Made by a program: the position numbers and the translations under genes. From assembly GCA_963751275.1 (NCBI GenBank), contig CAVVTZ010000009.1:576001-640000 (forward strand): a stretch of DNA of 64,000 nucleotides, given 5' to 3'. The stretch's first letter is position 1, and each line of letters begins with the position of its first letter. Source of the stretch: an uncultured Gemmatimonadaceae bacterium. Lineage in GTDB: Bacteria > Gemmatimonadota > Gemmatimonadetes > Gemmatimonadales > Gemmatimonadaceae. Shown here piece after piece: positions 32,188 to 45,221 of the stretch. The notes beneath the pieces are model-generated. The model did not search any database. It was not told where the DNA came from and saw only the letters and a program-made list of their open reading frames with translations.

Positions 32188-32948
32188 CGCCGCGCGTGGA
32201 CGACACCCCGGGCATGAAGCCGGCGGGCCAGCGTCCGCTGCATCTCTCGAGCGACGTGCCGGCGCCCAGCGGCAATTATCGCTGGGTCTATCTCTGGCAG
32301 TGGCCGATCCGCGCCATGCATTGGGCGGCGGCCGTGTCGATCGTGGTGCTCGCGGTCACGGGGTTCATGATCGGCAAGCCGTGGTTCATCACATCGGGCG
32401 AGGCGAGCTCGCACTATTACATCGGGTTCGCGCGGCTCACGCACTTCCTCGCCGCGGGCGTGCTCGTGGCCACCGCGGTGGTGCGGGTGTATTGGCTCTT
32501 CGCCGGCAACCAGTTCGAGCGGCTCAAGGCGCTCTTCCCGGTGCGGCCGCGCGACTGGAAGAACATGTTCAAGATGGTGAAGTACTACCTCATGCTCGAC
32601 ACCGAGGGCGTGCCGCACTACCTCGGCCACAACCCGATGCAGCAGTTGTCGTACACGTTCATGTATCTCCTGGGATCGGTGATGGTGGTGACGGGATTCG
32701 CGATGTACGGGCAGTCGAACCCCGGCGGATTCATCTGGACGCTGTTCCACTGGGTGCCGAACGTGGTGGGCGGGCTGCAGATGGTGCGCAGCATCCATCA
32801 CGTGACCACGTGGGGATTCCTGATCTTCATCCCGATCCACGTGTACCTCGCCCTGCGCGCCGAGATCATCGAGCACACCGGCACGATCAGTTCGATCGTG
32901 AGCGGCGGCCGGTTCGTCCCGAAGGATGAGCACTTCGTCGATGACTGA
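32184..32948 (+). CDS. hyaC: Ni/Fe-hydrogenase b-type cytochrome subunit
   Basis: WQWPIRAMHW, GHNPMQQ, IHVYL; four TM segments. Confidence 0.93.
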
Positions 32949-33447
32949 ACTCCGGCGTGTCACCGTCATCGGGCTGGGCAGCCCGCTCATGGGCGACGAT
33001 GGCGTCGGCCTCGAGGCGCTCGAGCGGCTCCGCCGCGATTTCGAGATGCCGTGCGAGGTGGAACTGGTGGACGGCGGCACGTGGGGGATGTCGTTGCTGC
33101 CGACGATCGAGGATTCGGACCGGCTCCTGTTCATCGATGCGATCAACACGGGCGCATTGCCCGGTACGGAGATCGTCCTGCGGCGCGATGACATCCCGCG
33201 CTATCTGTCGATGAAGATCTCGCCGCATCAAGTCGATCTGCGGGACGTGCTCGCGGTCGCGGAATTGCGCGGCACGCTCCCCGCTGAAACCATGGCGATC
33301 GGGTTGCAGCCCGACCGCGTCGAAATGGGGGTGGGTCTGTCCTCAACGCTCGAGCACAGGCTGGACGGCCTGGTGGCCACCGTGGTGCGCCAGCTCGCAG
33401 AGTGGGGATGCGCCTGCCGGCCACGCCCCGAGGCGATCTGTGCATGA
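32941..33447 (+). CDS. hyaD: hydrogenase maturation protease
   Basis: GLGSPLMGDDGVG, VDGGT, IDAI, SPHQ. Confidence 0.93.
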   Translation: MTELRRVTVIGLGSPLMGDDGVGLEALERLRRDFEMPCEVELVDGGTWGMSLLPTIEDSDRLLFIDAINTGALPGTEIVLRRDDIPRYLSMKISPHQVDLRDVLAVAELRGTLPAETMAIGLQPDRVEMGVGLSSTLEHRLDGLVATVVRQLAEWGCACRPRPEAICA

Positions 33448-33700
33448 GATGAGCGTCGCGCTCGAGGTGTGTCGGATGGCCGAGGAGCGGCTCGATGGGG
33501 TGCTCCTCGGCCAGTTGGTCTCGGTCGGGCTCGAAGTCGGCGATGATGCCGGCCTCGAGCCCGAAAACCTTTCGTTCTGTCTGGAGGCGCTGCTCGCCCA
33601 GCCGCCGTTCGCCGGCGCCAAGCCGGTGATCGAGCGGGTGAAGGGCGATGTGCTCCGGCTGAGTTACTTGGAGGTGGACGATGGCCGTCCGGGTGATTGA
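33440..33700 (+). CDS. hypA: HypA nickel metallochaperone, short form without the zinc-binding cysteines
   Basis: MHEMS N-terminus, LEVG..AGLEPENLSFC, LRLSYLEV. Confidence 0.8.
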   Translation: MHEMSVALEVCRMAEERLDGVLLGQLVSVGLEVGDDAGLEPENLSFCLEALLAQPPFAGAKPVIERVKGDVLRLSYLEVDDGRPGD

Positions 33701-34370
33701 CGTTCGCGAGCGCGTGATGGAGAAGAACGACGAGATCGCGCGCGCGTTGCGCCATCGGCGCGAGATGGCGGGCGTGCCGGCGCTGAACCTGGTGAGCTCG
33801 CCGGGGGCGGGGAAGACGGCGCTGCTCGAGCGCACGCTGGACCTGCTCAACGAGGAGCTGTCCATCGCGCTCGTGACCGGCGATCTGCAGACGCAGAACG
33901 ACGCGGACCGCCTCGCGGCACACACCGCGCGCCTCGTGCAGGCCGTGGTCACCAACGGCGCGTGCCACCTGGATGCGCGGCAGATCGAGCACGCCCTGGA
34001 CGCGGTGGACCTCGACGCGACCGATCTCCTGCTCATCGAGAACGTCGGCAATCTCGTCTGCCCGGCGAGCTGGGACCTGGGCGAAGACGCGAAGGTCGTG
34101 CTGCTCTCGGTGACCGAGGGCGACGACAAGCCGGAGAAGTATCCGAAGATCTTCCGCGAATCGGATTTCGCCGTGATCACGAAGATCGACCTCCTGCCCT
34201 ACGTACCTTTCGATGTGGGGAAGGCGGCGGGATTCATGCGCGACGTGAATCCGTTCATCCGGATCTTCTACACGTCGGCGACGACCGGCGAAGGGATGGA
34301 GGAGTGGTGCGATTTCCTTCGGGAGACGGCGATGCGCGCGTCGCCCGCGGCGAAGTGGGCGCGACAATGA
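33681..34370 (+). CDS. hypB: hydrogenase nickel incorporation GTPase HypB
   Basis: SSPGAGKT, GACHLDA, ENVGNLVCPA, TKIDL. Confidence 0.95.
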   Translation: MAVRVIDVRERVMEKNDEIARALRHRREMAGVPALNLVSSPGAGKTALLERTLDLLNEELSIALVTGDLQTQNDADRLAAHTARLVQAVVTNGACHLDARQIEHALDAVDLDATDLLLIENVGNLVCPASWDLGEDAKVVLLSVTEGDDKPEKYPKIFRESDFAVITKIDLLPYVPFDVGKAAGFMRDVNPFIRIFYTSATTGEGMEEWCDFLRETAMRASPAAKWARQ

Positions 34371-36701
34371 GCAGCACGGCCGTGCGCGCCGTTCCGGCGG
34401 CGCGGGCGCTGCACGTGACCGGCGTGGTCCAAGGGGTGGGGTTCCGCCCCTTCGTCCATCGGATCGCCGTGCGCCACGGCCTCGCGGGGTGGGTGCTGAA
34501 CCGGAGTGGCGAGGTGGAGATCCGCGTGGAAGGGGAGAGCGCAGCGATCGATGCGTTCTGCGCCGCGCTGGTGACCGAGGCGCCGCCGCTCGCGCAGATC
34601 GACCGCGTGGTGGCCTCGCCGTCGCTCGTGGAGGGTGCCCGGGGATTCGCGATCCGCGAGAGCACGCACGATCCCGACCGGCGGCAGCCGGTGCCGGCCG
34701 ATGTCGCGATGTGCGCGGCGTGCGAGCGCGAGCTCTTCGATCACGCGGACCGGCGCTACGGCTATCCGTTCATCACGTGCACCGACTGCGGGCCGCGCTA
34801 CACGGTGATCACCGCGCTGCCGTACGACCGCGAGCGCACCACGATGCGCGCGTTCACGCAGTGTGCCGAGTGCCGGCGCGAGTACGAGACGCCCGGCGAC
34901 CGCCGGCATCACAGCGAGACGAATTCCTGCCCGAAGTGCGGCCCGCGCCTGAGCTGGATCCCGGTCGGCCTCACGGCGTCGGGGCGGCGCGCGAGCGACC
35001 CCGACCCGCTGGGCGCCGCGTCGAACGCGCTGCGCGATGGGTTGATCGTCGCGGTGCGCGGCGTGGGCGGATTCCATCTCGCGGTGGACGCGACGAGCGA
35101 GACCGCGGTGAGCCGGCTGCGCCGGCGCAAGCACCGCGACGAGAAACCGCTCGCGGTCATGGTGCGGTCGCTCGAAGAGGCGCGGCAGCTCGCGCATGTG
35201 AGCAAGGCGGAGGCGGCGCTGCTCCAGTCGCAGAAACGGCCGGTGGTGCTGCTCGCGCGGCGCGACGGCGCGCCGGTGGCGAGCGAGCGTCGCGCCGGGG
35301 CTCGCCTGGATCGGGATCATGCTCGCGTACTCGCCGCTGCATCATCTCCTGCTCGACCGCGTGCAGCGCCCGCTGGTGATGACGAGCGGGAATCTGAGCG
35401 AGGAGCCGATCGCCGCGAGCGAGGATGAGGCGGTGGCGCGGCTGCGCGGCATCGCCGATGCGTTCCTCATGCACGACCGCGGGATCGCGGCGCGCATCGA
35501 CGACTCGGTGCTGCGGGTGATCGACGGCGCGCCCGCCTTCATCCGGCGCGCCCGCGGCTATGCGCCGCTGCCGGTGACGCTGCCGGTGGCGAGCCCGGTG
35601 CCGCTGGTGGCGGTGGGCCCGCACCTCAAGAACACCTTCACGCTCGTGCATGGCGCGTCGGCCTACGTGAGCCAGCACATCGGCGATCTGGACAATCTCG
35701 AGACGCTCGACCACTTCAGGTCCACATACGACCACCAGTGCCGCCTCTTCCGCATCAAGCCCGAAGGCGTGGTGCGGGACATGCACCCGGGGTATCTGTC
35801 GACGCGGATCGCCGAGGAGCTCGCGTTGCCGGCGATCAGCGTGCAGCACCATCATGCGCACATCGCGGCCGTGATGGCGGAGCATGGCGTCACGGGCCGC
35901 GTACTCGGCGTGGCGTTCGATGGCACCGGCTACGGCGATGATGGCCGCGTGTGGGGCGCGGAGTGGCTCGTGTGCGATCTGCTCGGCTACGAGCGCGTGG
36001 GGCAGCTGCGCTACGCCCCGCTGCCCGGCGGCGACATGGCGATCCGGCTCCCCTGGCGCGTCGCGCTCGGCTACCTCTCGCTCGCGCCGGAGCAGGCGGA
36101 CGGATTCAAGCTCGCGTTCCATGGCGCGGACGTGCGCGAGCAGGAGCTGGCGAAACTCCAGGTGGCGCGCGCGATCAACTCGCCGCTCGCAAGCTCCATC
36201 GGGCGGTTGTTCGACGCCGCGGCCGCGGTGCTCGGCGTTCGCACGCACGCGTTCTTCGAGGGGCAGGCGGCGATGGAACTGGAGGCGCTCGCCGGCGACC
36301 GGACGGGTGTGGAATTCGAGATCCCGGTGACGCGCGATCCGGTGACGGGGCGCGCGGTGCTCGATCCGGTGCCAATGCTCGCGGAGTTGGGACGCCGGCG
36401 CATCGCCGGCGGGGATGTGGCGGATCTCGCCGCCGCGCTGCACGAGAGCGTGGCGGCGGCCACCGCGAGTACGGCGCGCTATGCCGCGGAGGGGGCCGGG
36501 CTGTCCGTGGTGGCGCTCGGCGGCGGCGTCTTCCAGAACGCGAGATTGCTCGCGTCGGTGCGCGCGCGGCTCGAACAGATGCAGTTCCGGGTGCTCGTGC
36601 CGCGCGCGCTCCCGGCGAACGATGGCGGCATCAGTTACGGTCAGGCGGCGGTCGCCGCGGCCCGGCTCAGCGCCGGCCTCGCGCGCTCGACGCAACACTA
36701 A
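34367..36701 (+). CDS. hypF: carbamoyltransferase HypF (apparent frameshift near 35285)
   Basis: [11 protein letters not shown], zinc fingers, [22 protein letters not shown]. Confidence 0.93.
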
Positions 36702-36715
36702 CGGAGAAGGCCACC

Positions 36716-37006
36716 ATGTGCCTCGGCATCCCCGGACGGATCATCGAACTCCATCACGACGGCGACCTCGCGATGGGCATGGTGGATTTCGGCGGCGTGC
36801 GCCGCGACGTCTGCCTCGCGTACGTGCAGGATGAAGTGGACATCGGCGACTACGTGATCGTGCACGTGGGGTTCGCGATCTCGAAGGTGGACGAGGCGGA
36901 GGCGAAGCGCACGTTCGAAGCGCTCGAGGAGATGAGCCAGCTGGATGAGCTGGAGTTCCTGAAGGACGCGATCCCCCCCGGCATGCTCTCGTCGGAGGCG
37001 CGGCAC
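36716..37006 (+). CDS. hypC: HypC chaperone (no stop codon; reads in frame into hypD as given)
   Basis: [24 protein letters not shown]. Confidence 0.9.
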
Positions 37007-38133
<1,127 letters not shown>

Positions 38134-38137
<4 letters not shown>

Positions 38138-39225
38138 GCGCCGTGTCGAAGGATGTCGCGCCGGAGGTGGCGCAGCGGCTCGCGGCGGGGCTGTCCTGCC
38201 CGGCGCCGCTCACCGACCGCGACCGGGTGCTGCTGGGTCATGGTTCCGGCGGCAAGCTGAGCGCCGCGCTGGTGCGGGATCGGTTCCTGCCGCACTTCGA
38301 CGGCGCGGAACTGGCGCAGTTGGGCGACGCGGCCGTGGTGAAGGTGAGCGCGGGCTCGCTCGCGATCTCGACCGACTCGTTCGTGGTGAATCCGCTGGAG
38401 TTCCCGGGCGGGAACATCGGGACCCTCGCGGTGAACGGGACGGTGAACGATGTGGCCATGATGGGCGCGCGGCCGCTGTGGATCACCGTGGGGTTCATTC
38501 TGGAGGAAGGGCTGCCGCTGCTGGTGCTGGACCGCGTGATCGCGGAGATGGCACGCGCGGCGAAGGCGGCCGGCGTGTCCATCGTGACGGGCGACACGAA
38601 GGTGGTGGAGCGGGGGAAGGCCGACGGGATGTTCATCAACACGACGGGGGTGGGGATCATCGATCCGAACTTCCGTCCGGCGCCGGACCGCGCGCGCGCG
38701 GGAGATGCGGTGATCGTGAGCGGGAATCTGGGCGTGCACGGCATCACGATCATGGCCGCGCGCGAGGGGATCGCCTTCGATGTGGACCTCGAGAGCGACA
38801 GCGCGGCGCTCGTACCGCTGGTGGACGCATTGCGCGACGCCGTGGGCGTGGAGATCCGCGCGCTGCGCGATCCGACGCGCGGCGGCGTGGCGAGCACGCT
38901 CAACGAGATCGCGGCCGCGAGCAAGGTGGGCGTGGTGCTCGACGAATCGACCCTCCCTGTCCCCATCGCGGTGGCCGGCGCGTGCGAGATGCTCGGACTC
39001 GATTCTCTCTATGTGGCGAACGAGGGGATCTTCGTGGCGATCGTGCCCGACGAACTTGCGTCCGAGGCGCTCGCCGCGCTGCGCGCGCTGCCGCTCGGCG
39101 CGAATGCGCGCCGGATCGGGCACTGCGTGGCGCAGCATCCGGGCATGGTCGTGATGCGCACCGCCATCGGCGGCACGCGCGTGGTGGACATGCTGCCCGG
39201 CGACCAGCTGCCGCGGATCTGCTAG
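38134..39225 (+). CDS. hypE: carbamoyl dehydratase HypE
   Basis: HGSGG, TDSFVV.PL.FPGG, GDTKVV, RDPTRGG, C-terminal PRIC. Confidence 0.96.
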
Positions 39226-39241
39226 CTCGGCTTCGCGCGCC

Positions 39242-39353
39242 GCGCGGTCGCCGCCGGCGAGCCGCCTGACGCGCCAGTCGCTGCGTGACTCGCGCACTGA
39301 CGCGCGCGAGTCCCTCGCTGAGCGCTGCGGCGGCTCGCCGGCGGCGACCGCGC
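39242..39353 (-). repeat. structured hairpin element, family B copy 1
   Basis: 72-nt core 39262-39333 is the reverse complement of 40221-40292 with 5 mismatches; perfect outer stem. Confidence 0.85.
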
Positions 39354-39397
39354 TGCCTCGGATCACGAAATACGCTAAGCGCGAGCGACCCCGGCGA

Positions 39398-39622
39398 TCA
39401 GGCGTCGCGGGTCAGCTTGAACAGCGTCTCCACCGTCGTGTGCAGCGCGCGCGCCAACTTGAGCGCGAGGAGGGTCGATGGGATGAAGCGGCCGGTCTCG
39501 ACGGTGTTGATCGTTTTGCGGGTCACGCCGACCAGGTCGGCGAGGTCCTCCTGCGTGAGCTGGTGACGCGCGCGTTCGACCCGCAGCGTATTCTGGAGCC
39601 GCTCGCTTGGCGCGGCGTTCAC
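39398..39622 (-). CDS. XRE/Cro-family HTH transcriptional regulator
   Basis: LTQEDLADLVGVTRKTINTVETGRFIPSTLLALKLA; GTG start overlaps the upstream TGA. Confidence 0.9.
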   Translation of the reverse strand: MNAAPSERLQNTLRVERARHQLTQEDLADLVGVTRKTINTVETGRFIPSTLLALKLARALHTTVETLFKLTRDA

Positions 39623-40062
39623 TCGCGCTCGAACCAGAGGAATCCCCCGATCGCGGCGTCGCACCCGACGAGGATCGTGAGCTGGGCCGCGACCACAGTG
39701 GGAATCGTGAAGAAGAGCACGGTCGCGATGATCACGATCCCTTGGGTCGCCATGACTGCGAACAGGGCGAGCGCGAACGCCTTCAGGCGCATCAGTTGCC
39801 AGCGCTCATCGGTCAGTGCGGAGGCGAGGGCGGCGTCGGCGCTGACTTGCCGAATCCAGCGCCTCATTTGGAACAGGTGAAAGGTCCAATACGCGCTCGC
39901 CGCCAGTGCGATGACCACGAGCACAACGCGCACGCTGCGGGAAACGCTTGCCGGACCAAGCAGGCCGTTGGCAATGGTTGCCCCCTGCCACACGGTGAAC
40001 CCGACGAGAATGCCGAGCAGCACGCGTCGGCGACTTCGATCAAGAGCTTCTACGGCGGACAT
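39619..40062 (-). CDS. small multi-TM membrane protein
   Basis: four hydrophobic segments, LTDERW motif typical of membrane proteins paired with XRE regulators. Confidence 0.75.
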   Translation of the reverse strand: MSAVEALDRSRRRVLLGILVGFTVWQGATIANGLLGPASVSRSVRVVLVVIALAASAYWTFHLFQMRRWIRQVSADAALASALTDERWQLMRLKAFALALFAVMATQGIVIIATVLFFTIPTVVAAQLTILVGCDAAIGGFLWFERE

Positions 40063-40099
40063 GATATCTCCCAGGATTGATATAACCCGAATCGACCAC

Positions 40100-40127
40100 A
40101 AAGTAACCTATAGGTTACATCTGTCAA
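40100..40127 (-). promoter_or_regulatory. sigma70 promoter with palindromic operator
   Basis: minus strand TTGACA-N16-TACTTT; perfect palindrome GTAACCTATAGGTTAC at 40103-40118. Confidence 0.75.
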
Positions 40128-40207
40128 TCCCGACTGGGATCAGGAGCAACGAACAGGGATCTCGTGTCGACACTCGCTCTCGCGCCGTACATGACCCGCA
40201 GCGAGGA

Positions 40208-40305
40208 AGGTCCGGGCGGACCGCCGCAGCGCTCAGTGAGGGACTCGCGTGCGTCAGCGCGCGAGTCACGCAACGCCTGGCGCGTCAGGCGGTTCGCCCG
40301 GGCCT
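40208..40305 (+). repeat. structured hairpin element, family B copy 2
   Basis: core 40221-40292; outer stem AGGTCCGGGCGGA/TTCGCCCGGGCCT. Confidence 0.85.
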
Positions 40306-40342
40306 GACGAGCGTCCGCGCGGTGATGGGAGCGAAAGAAGAT

Positions 40343-40376
40343 CGGGACCCGGGAGCAGCGTCGCTCCCGGGTCCCG
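40343..40376 (-). terminator. intrinsic terminator of the arylsulfatase gene
   Basis: 14-bp stem CGGGACCCGGGAGC/GCTCCCGGGTCCCG followed by TCTTCTTT on the minus strand. Confidence 0.7.
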
Positions 40377-40399
40377 TGTTCACTCTCTGCGATTGAGCC

Positions 40400-42923
40400 C
40401 TACTGCTCGCTCTCGCCCCAGTCGTGCGCTTGCGCACGCGCGTCGCGCATGCGCTTCTGGTCCTCGGCACCGAGCTGCACGGGGCCGATGTCCACCGTCA
40501 CCTTATTGATCGTGCCGGTGAAGGTGAAGGGCACCAGGTAGTCCGCGTCGTTCACGGCGGTGCGCGTGTCGCTGCCCGACGTCGAAGGTCTCGTCGAGCG
40601 TCATGATGAACGGGATCGTGTGCGGCACCGTCGTGGTCGCGACGGTCTTGCCGTCCACCTTCAGCACGCCCGTGCCGCCCTTGCCGAAGCCAGGGCCGTC
40701 GTACTTGAAGTCGAAGACGATCGTGTGCTTGCCCGGCGCGAGGGCCGCGCTGTCGGCCCAGCGGAAGCGGGCCATGTCCAGCAGGTTGTACAGGAACACA
40801 GGCTTCCCCTTGAGCAGGTACAAGCCGAATCCGCCGAAGCGGCCGCCTTCGGTGACGATCATTCCACTGCCGCCCCCCGCCGGCACCGTCACGTCCGCGG
40901 TGATCGTGAACGACCGCGCGAGGATGTCGGCGGCGCCGGACGTCGGGATGCCCGTCACCGGGTGCGTGTACGTGAACGACGTGCGCCCCGCCGAGTAGCT
41001 GGGCTTGGGCGTCAGCACGCGCTGGAGGATCGATTGTCCAGCGGCAGCACCTGATACTTCGCCGCCTCCGTCATGAAGAGCTCCTGCATCTCCTTGAGCT
41101 TGTCCGGCATCTGCGCGGCGAGGTCGTTGTCCTCGCGAGTAGTCCTCGGCGATGTTGTACAGCTCCCACTTGTAGCCGTTGAGGACGTTCGGCGCCGTGG
41201 TCGCGCCCAGGAGCCAGGGTGCCGCCCAGCGGGGTGGTGGACGCGATCCAGCCGTCATGATAGATCGCGCGGTTGCCGAACATCTCGAAGTACTGCGTGG
41301 TGCGCGCGGACGGCGCGTTCGCGTTCGCCTTGTCCCACGTGTAGGCCATGCTCACGCCCTCGATCGGCTTCTGCGCGACGCCATTCACGAACTGCGGCGC
41401 CGGGATCCCGGTGGCCTCGAGGATCGTGGGCACGATGTCGATCATGTGATGGAACTGCGTGCGGATGCCGCCGGCGTCCTTGATGCGGTCCGGGCCACGC
41501 CATCGCCATGCCCTGGCGCGTGCCGCCGAAGTGCGATGCGACCTGCTTGGTCCACTTGAACGGCGTATCGAAGGCCCATGACCACGCCACCGACATGTGC
41601 GGCTGGGTCACCGCGGAACCCCACACGTCGTAGAACTTCAGCTGGTCCTTCGACCGGAACGTTGATGGCCTGGAGCGCCGCCAGATCGAAGGGCGTGCCG
41701 AGCGTCGTGCCTTCGGCGCTCGTGCCGTTGTCGCCCTCGATGTAGATGATCAGCGTGTTGTCGAGCTTGCCCATGTCCTCCACCGCCTGGATGACGCGAC
41801 CGATCTCGTTGTCGGTGTAGGCGACGTAGGCTGCGTACACCTCGGCCTGCCGCGCGAACATCTTCTTCTCGTCGGGCGGTGAGCGTCTCCCACTTGGGCA
41901 GGTCGTCCGGCCAGGGCGTGAGCTTCGTGTTCGCCGGGATCACGCCGAGTCGCTTCTGGTTGGCGAAGATCGTGTCGCGCATCGCGTTCCAGCCCATGTC
42001 GAACTTCCCCTTGAACTTCTCGATCCACTCGGGGGTGGGATGATGCGGCGCGTGCGTGGCGCCCGGCACGTAGTAGACGAAGAACGGCTTGTCGGGCGCG
42101 ACGGCGTTCAGCTGTCCATGTACTTGATCGCCTCGTCCGCCATGTCGGTGATCAGGTTGTAGCCCGGATGCCCGATCCACGGAAAGATCTGCGTGTGATT
42201 GCGGAAGAGGTACGGCGTCCACTGGTCCGACTCGCCGCCCATGAAGCCGTAGAAGTACTCGAAGCCCATGCCGCTGGGCCACTGGTCGAACGGTCCGGCG
42301 TTGCTGTACAGGTAGGCAGGCGTGTTGTGATTCTTGCCGAACCAGGATGTGGCGTAGCCATGGTCGCGCAGGATCGTCGCCGATCGTTGCGTTCTCGGGT
42401 CCAATGATCGAGTTGTAGCCGGGGTAGCCGGTGGCCTGTTCCGCGACGACGCCGAAGCCCACCGAGTGATGATTGCGGCCGGTGATGAGCGCCGCGCGGG
42501 TGGGTGAACAGAGCGCGGTCGAATGGAACTGCGTGTAGCGCAGGCCCATCTGCGCGACGCGGTCGAGCGCGGGCGTCGGGATCACGCCGCCGAAGGTGCC
42601 CGGAGACACCGTAGCCGGCGTCGTCCGTCATGATCAGCAGGACGTTCGGCGCGCCCTTGGGCGGCACGATCCTTCGGCGGCCAGCATGGCTTGGACTGAT
42701 CCGCCGCATCCTTGATCACGCCGCCGAATGGCGGCTCCGCCGCGGGGATCTTGTCGCCGGCGATGGTGGTCGTGGCGGCCGGCGAACAGGGAGCGCCGGT
42801 GGTCTGCTGGGGTGCGGCTGCGGGTGCGGACGCGGCGGGTTGCTGTGCCACGGCGTTCACCGCGGCGAACAACGCGAGCGCCGTAATGCCGGCGGTCGCT
42901 CTACGGAAAAGATCCGAGCGCAT
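40400..42923 (-). CDS. secreted Cys-type arylsulfatase (many apparent frameshifts)
   Basis: signal peptide, PNVLLIMTDDAGYG, CSPTR formylglycine motif, FGKNH, HAPH, GDNG, YFEMFGNRAIY across several frames. Confidence 0.85.
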
Positions 42924-43061
42924 GTGCGTTCTCCTCAAAGAATTTGCCAGGCGGCCGGGATACGGGTGTCCCGGACTCCCATTCGTGAGGCAACGCTAAC
43001 CGGGCGCGCCGAACCCCGGCGTGGGGGATTCTCCGACAATGCGTCGGAATTCCGCCGGATA

Positions 43062-43758
43062 CTACGGCGCCGCGTGCTCCGCGAGCGCGAGTTCCTCGCG
43101 GCGTACGGAGCGCAGCGCGAGGGAGAAGACAGACCCGAATGCGCGCGCGACTTCCGCGCGCACGAGCGCATCATCCGCGCGCGCGGCGCCGAGTTCGCGC
43201 GCGATGGAGGTCATCGTCACGTCCTGGATGCCGCAGGGCACGATGAGATCGAAGTAGCTGAGATCCGTGTTCACGTTGAGCGCGAAGCCGTGCCAAGTGA
43301 CCCAGTCGCGCGCGTGCACGCCAATGGACGCGATCTTGCGCCCGCGCGTCCACACGCCGGTCTTGCCGGGGTTCCGCTCGGCGGGAATGCCGAGGGCGTC
43401 GAGCGCCACGATCAGCGCCTCCTCAACCTGGCGCAGATACCAGTGCAGATCCTGCTTGTGCCGCTTGAGATCGACGATCGGATAGCCGACGAGCTGGCCG
43501 GGACCATGGAACGTGATGTCCCCGCCGCGTTCGACCTCGAACACTTCCACGCCGCGCGCGCGTAGCAGCTCCGGCGTCGCGAGCAGATTCGCTTCCTTCG
43601 CGGTCCGCCCCAGCGTCACCACCGGCGGGTGCTCGAGCAGGATCAACAGGTCTTCAGGCAGACTCGCCGCTGATCCGCGCGCGCGCCGCGCTGCGCTGCA
43701 GTTCCAGCGCCTCGCCATACGGCACGAGCCCCAAGTCCGCAATGAGTAGTTCGCTCAT
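43062..43758 (-). CDS. lipB: lipoyl(octanoyl) transferase LipB (frameshift near the 5' end)
   Basis: LEHPPVVTLG, RGGDITFHGPGQLVGYP, KIASIG, HGFALN, IVPCG. Confidence 0.93.
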
Positions 43759-43765
43759 CGCGGTC

Positions 43766-43786
43766 GACTCCCGACTCCCGACTCCC
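43766..43786. repeat. heptamer tandem repeat (GACTCCC)x3
   Basis: direct reading. Confidence 0.85.
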
Positions 43787-43797
43787 GAACACGACCG

Positions 43798-45204
43798 CTA
43801 CGCATCGGTCATTCGCCCCATGGAATCCAAGGCGGCCTGCGCCACCGATTCCGCCAGGGTCGGATGCGCGTGGATCGCCAGCTCGATCTCCTCGACCGTG
43901 TACTCGTTGGCGCGCGCCACCGCCAGCTCGTGGATCAGCTCGGTGGCGTGCGCGCCGCGATGTGCGCCCCGAGGATCTCGCCGTACTTCTGCTCGCGGAT
44001 GATCTTCACGAAGCCCTCGGTCTCGCCCGCCGTGCGCGCGCGCCCGTTGGCGCTGAACGGGAACCGGCCCACCTCGTACTCGAGCCCCTGCTCCTTGCAG
44101 CGCTCCTCGGTCAGCCCGATGCGTCGCCACCTCGGGGTGGCAGTACGTGGCGCCCGGAACGTTCCCGTAGTCTATCGGATGCGGCTTCTGGCCCGCGATC
44201 GCTTCGGCCGCGACCACGCCCTCGCGGCTCCCCTTGTGCGCCAGCATCGGCGGCCCGGCCACGTCGCCGATCGCGTAGACGCCCTGCGCGGTGGTCTGCA
44301 TCGCGCCATCGACCTTGATGAAGCCGCGGTCGGTGAGCTTCACGCCCGCCTCCTCGAGGCCGATATTCTCGATGTTCGGCGCGCGTCCCGTGGCCACGAG
44401 CACCTTCTCCACCGTGACCGTCGCTTCTTCTCCGCGCGCGTCGAGCGCGATGGTCACGCCGTCCTTGCCCACCTCGACGCTCGCGACCTGCGCGCCGGTG
44501 ATGACGTCGATTTCCGCTTGCTTGAAAGCCTTGGCGAGGACGTCCGTCACCTCGGCGTCCTCGACCGGCAGGATCGCGGCAGCGACCTCGATCAGCGTCA
44601 CCTGGGTGCCGAACGCGTTGAAGACGTCGGCGAACTCGCAGCCCACGGCGCCGGCGCCGACGACCGCCAGGGTCTTCGGCGCGCTTCTCGGGCACGAGCG
44701 CCTCGTCGCTCGAGATCATCGTCGTCTTGTTGAGCGCGAGCCCGATCTGCGGCAGCCCCTTGCACGCGCGAGCCGGTGGCGATCACGACCGCCTTGCCGG
44801 CGTCGTGCTTCACCGTCTGCCGTCGGCGGTCTTCACCGCGACCGACTTCCCGCCGGCGAGCGTCGCGGTGCCCTTGATCCAGGTGATCTTGTTCTTCTTG
44901 AAGAGGAACTCGACGCCCTTGGAGTTCTGCCGGCTCACGGCGCGCGAGCGCTTCATCGCGACGCCGTAGTCGGTGGTCGATTTCGCCGACGGTGATGCCG
45001 AGGTCCTGCGCGTGCTTCGGAGCCGATTGGCCAGGTAGGCGCTGTCGAGCAGCGCCTTGGCGGGAATGCAGCCCCAGAGGACGCAGATGCCGCCCAGGCC
45101 TTCCTTCTCGACCACGCCGACGGTCAGCCCGAGCTGCGCGGCGCGGATGGCACCGACGTAGCCGGCGGGCCCGCCGCCGATGAAGATCACGTCGAAGTCG
45201 CCAT
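43798..45204 (-). CDS. lpdA: dihydrolipoyl dehydrogenase (frameshifted)
   Basis: [36 protein letters not shown]. Confidence 0.93.
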
Positions 45205-45221
45205 GGGAGATCCCGGACGGA

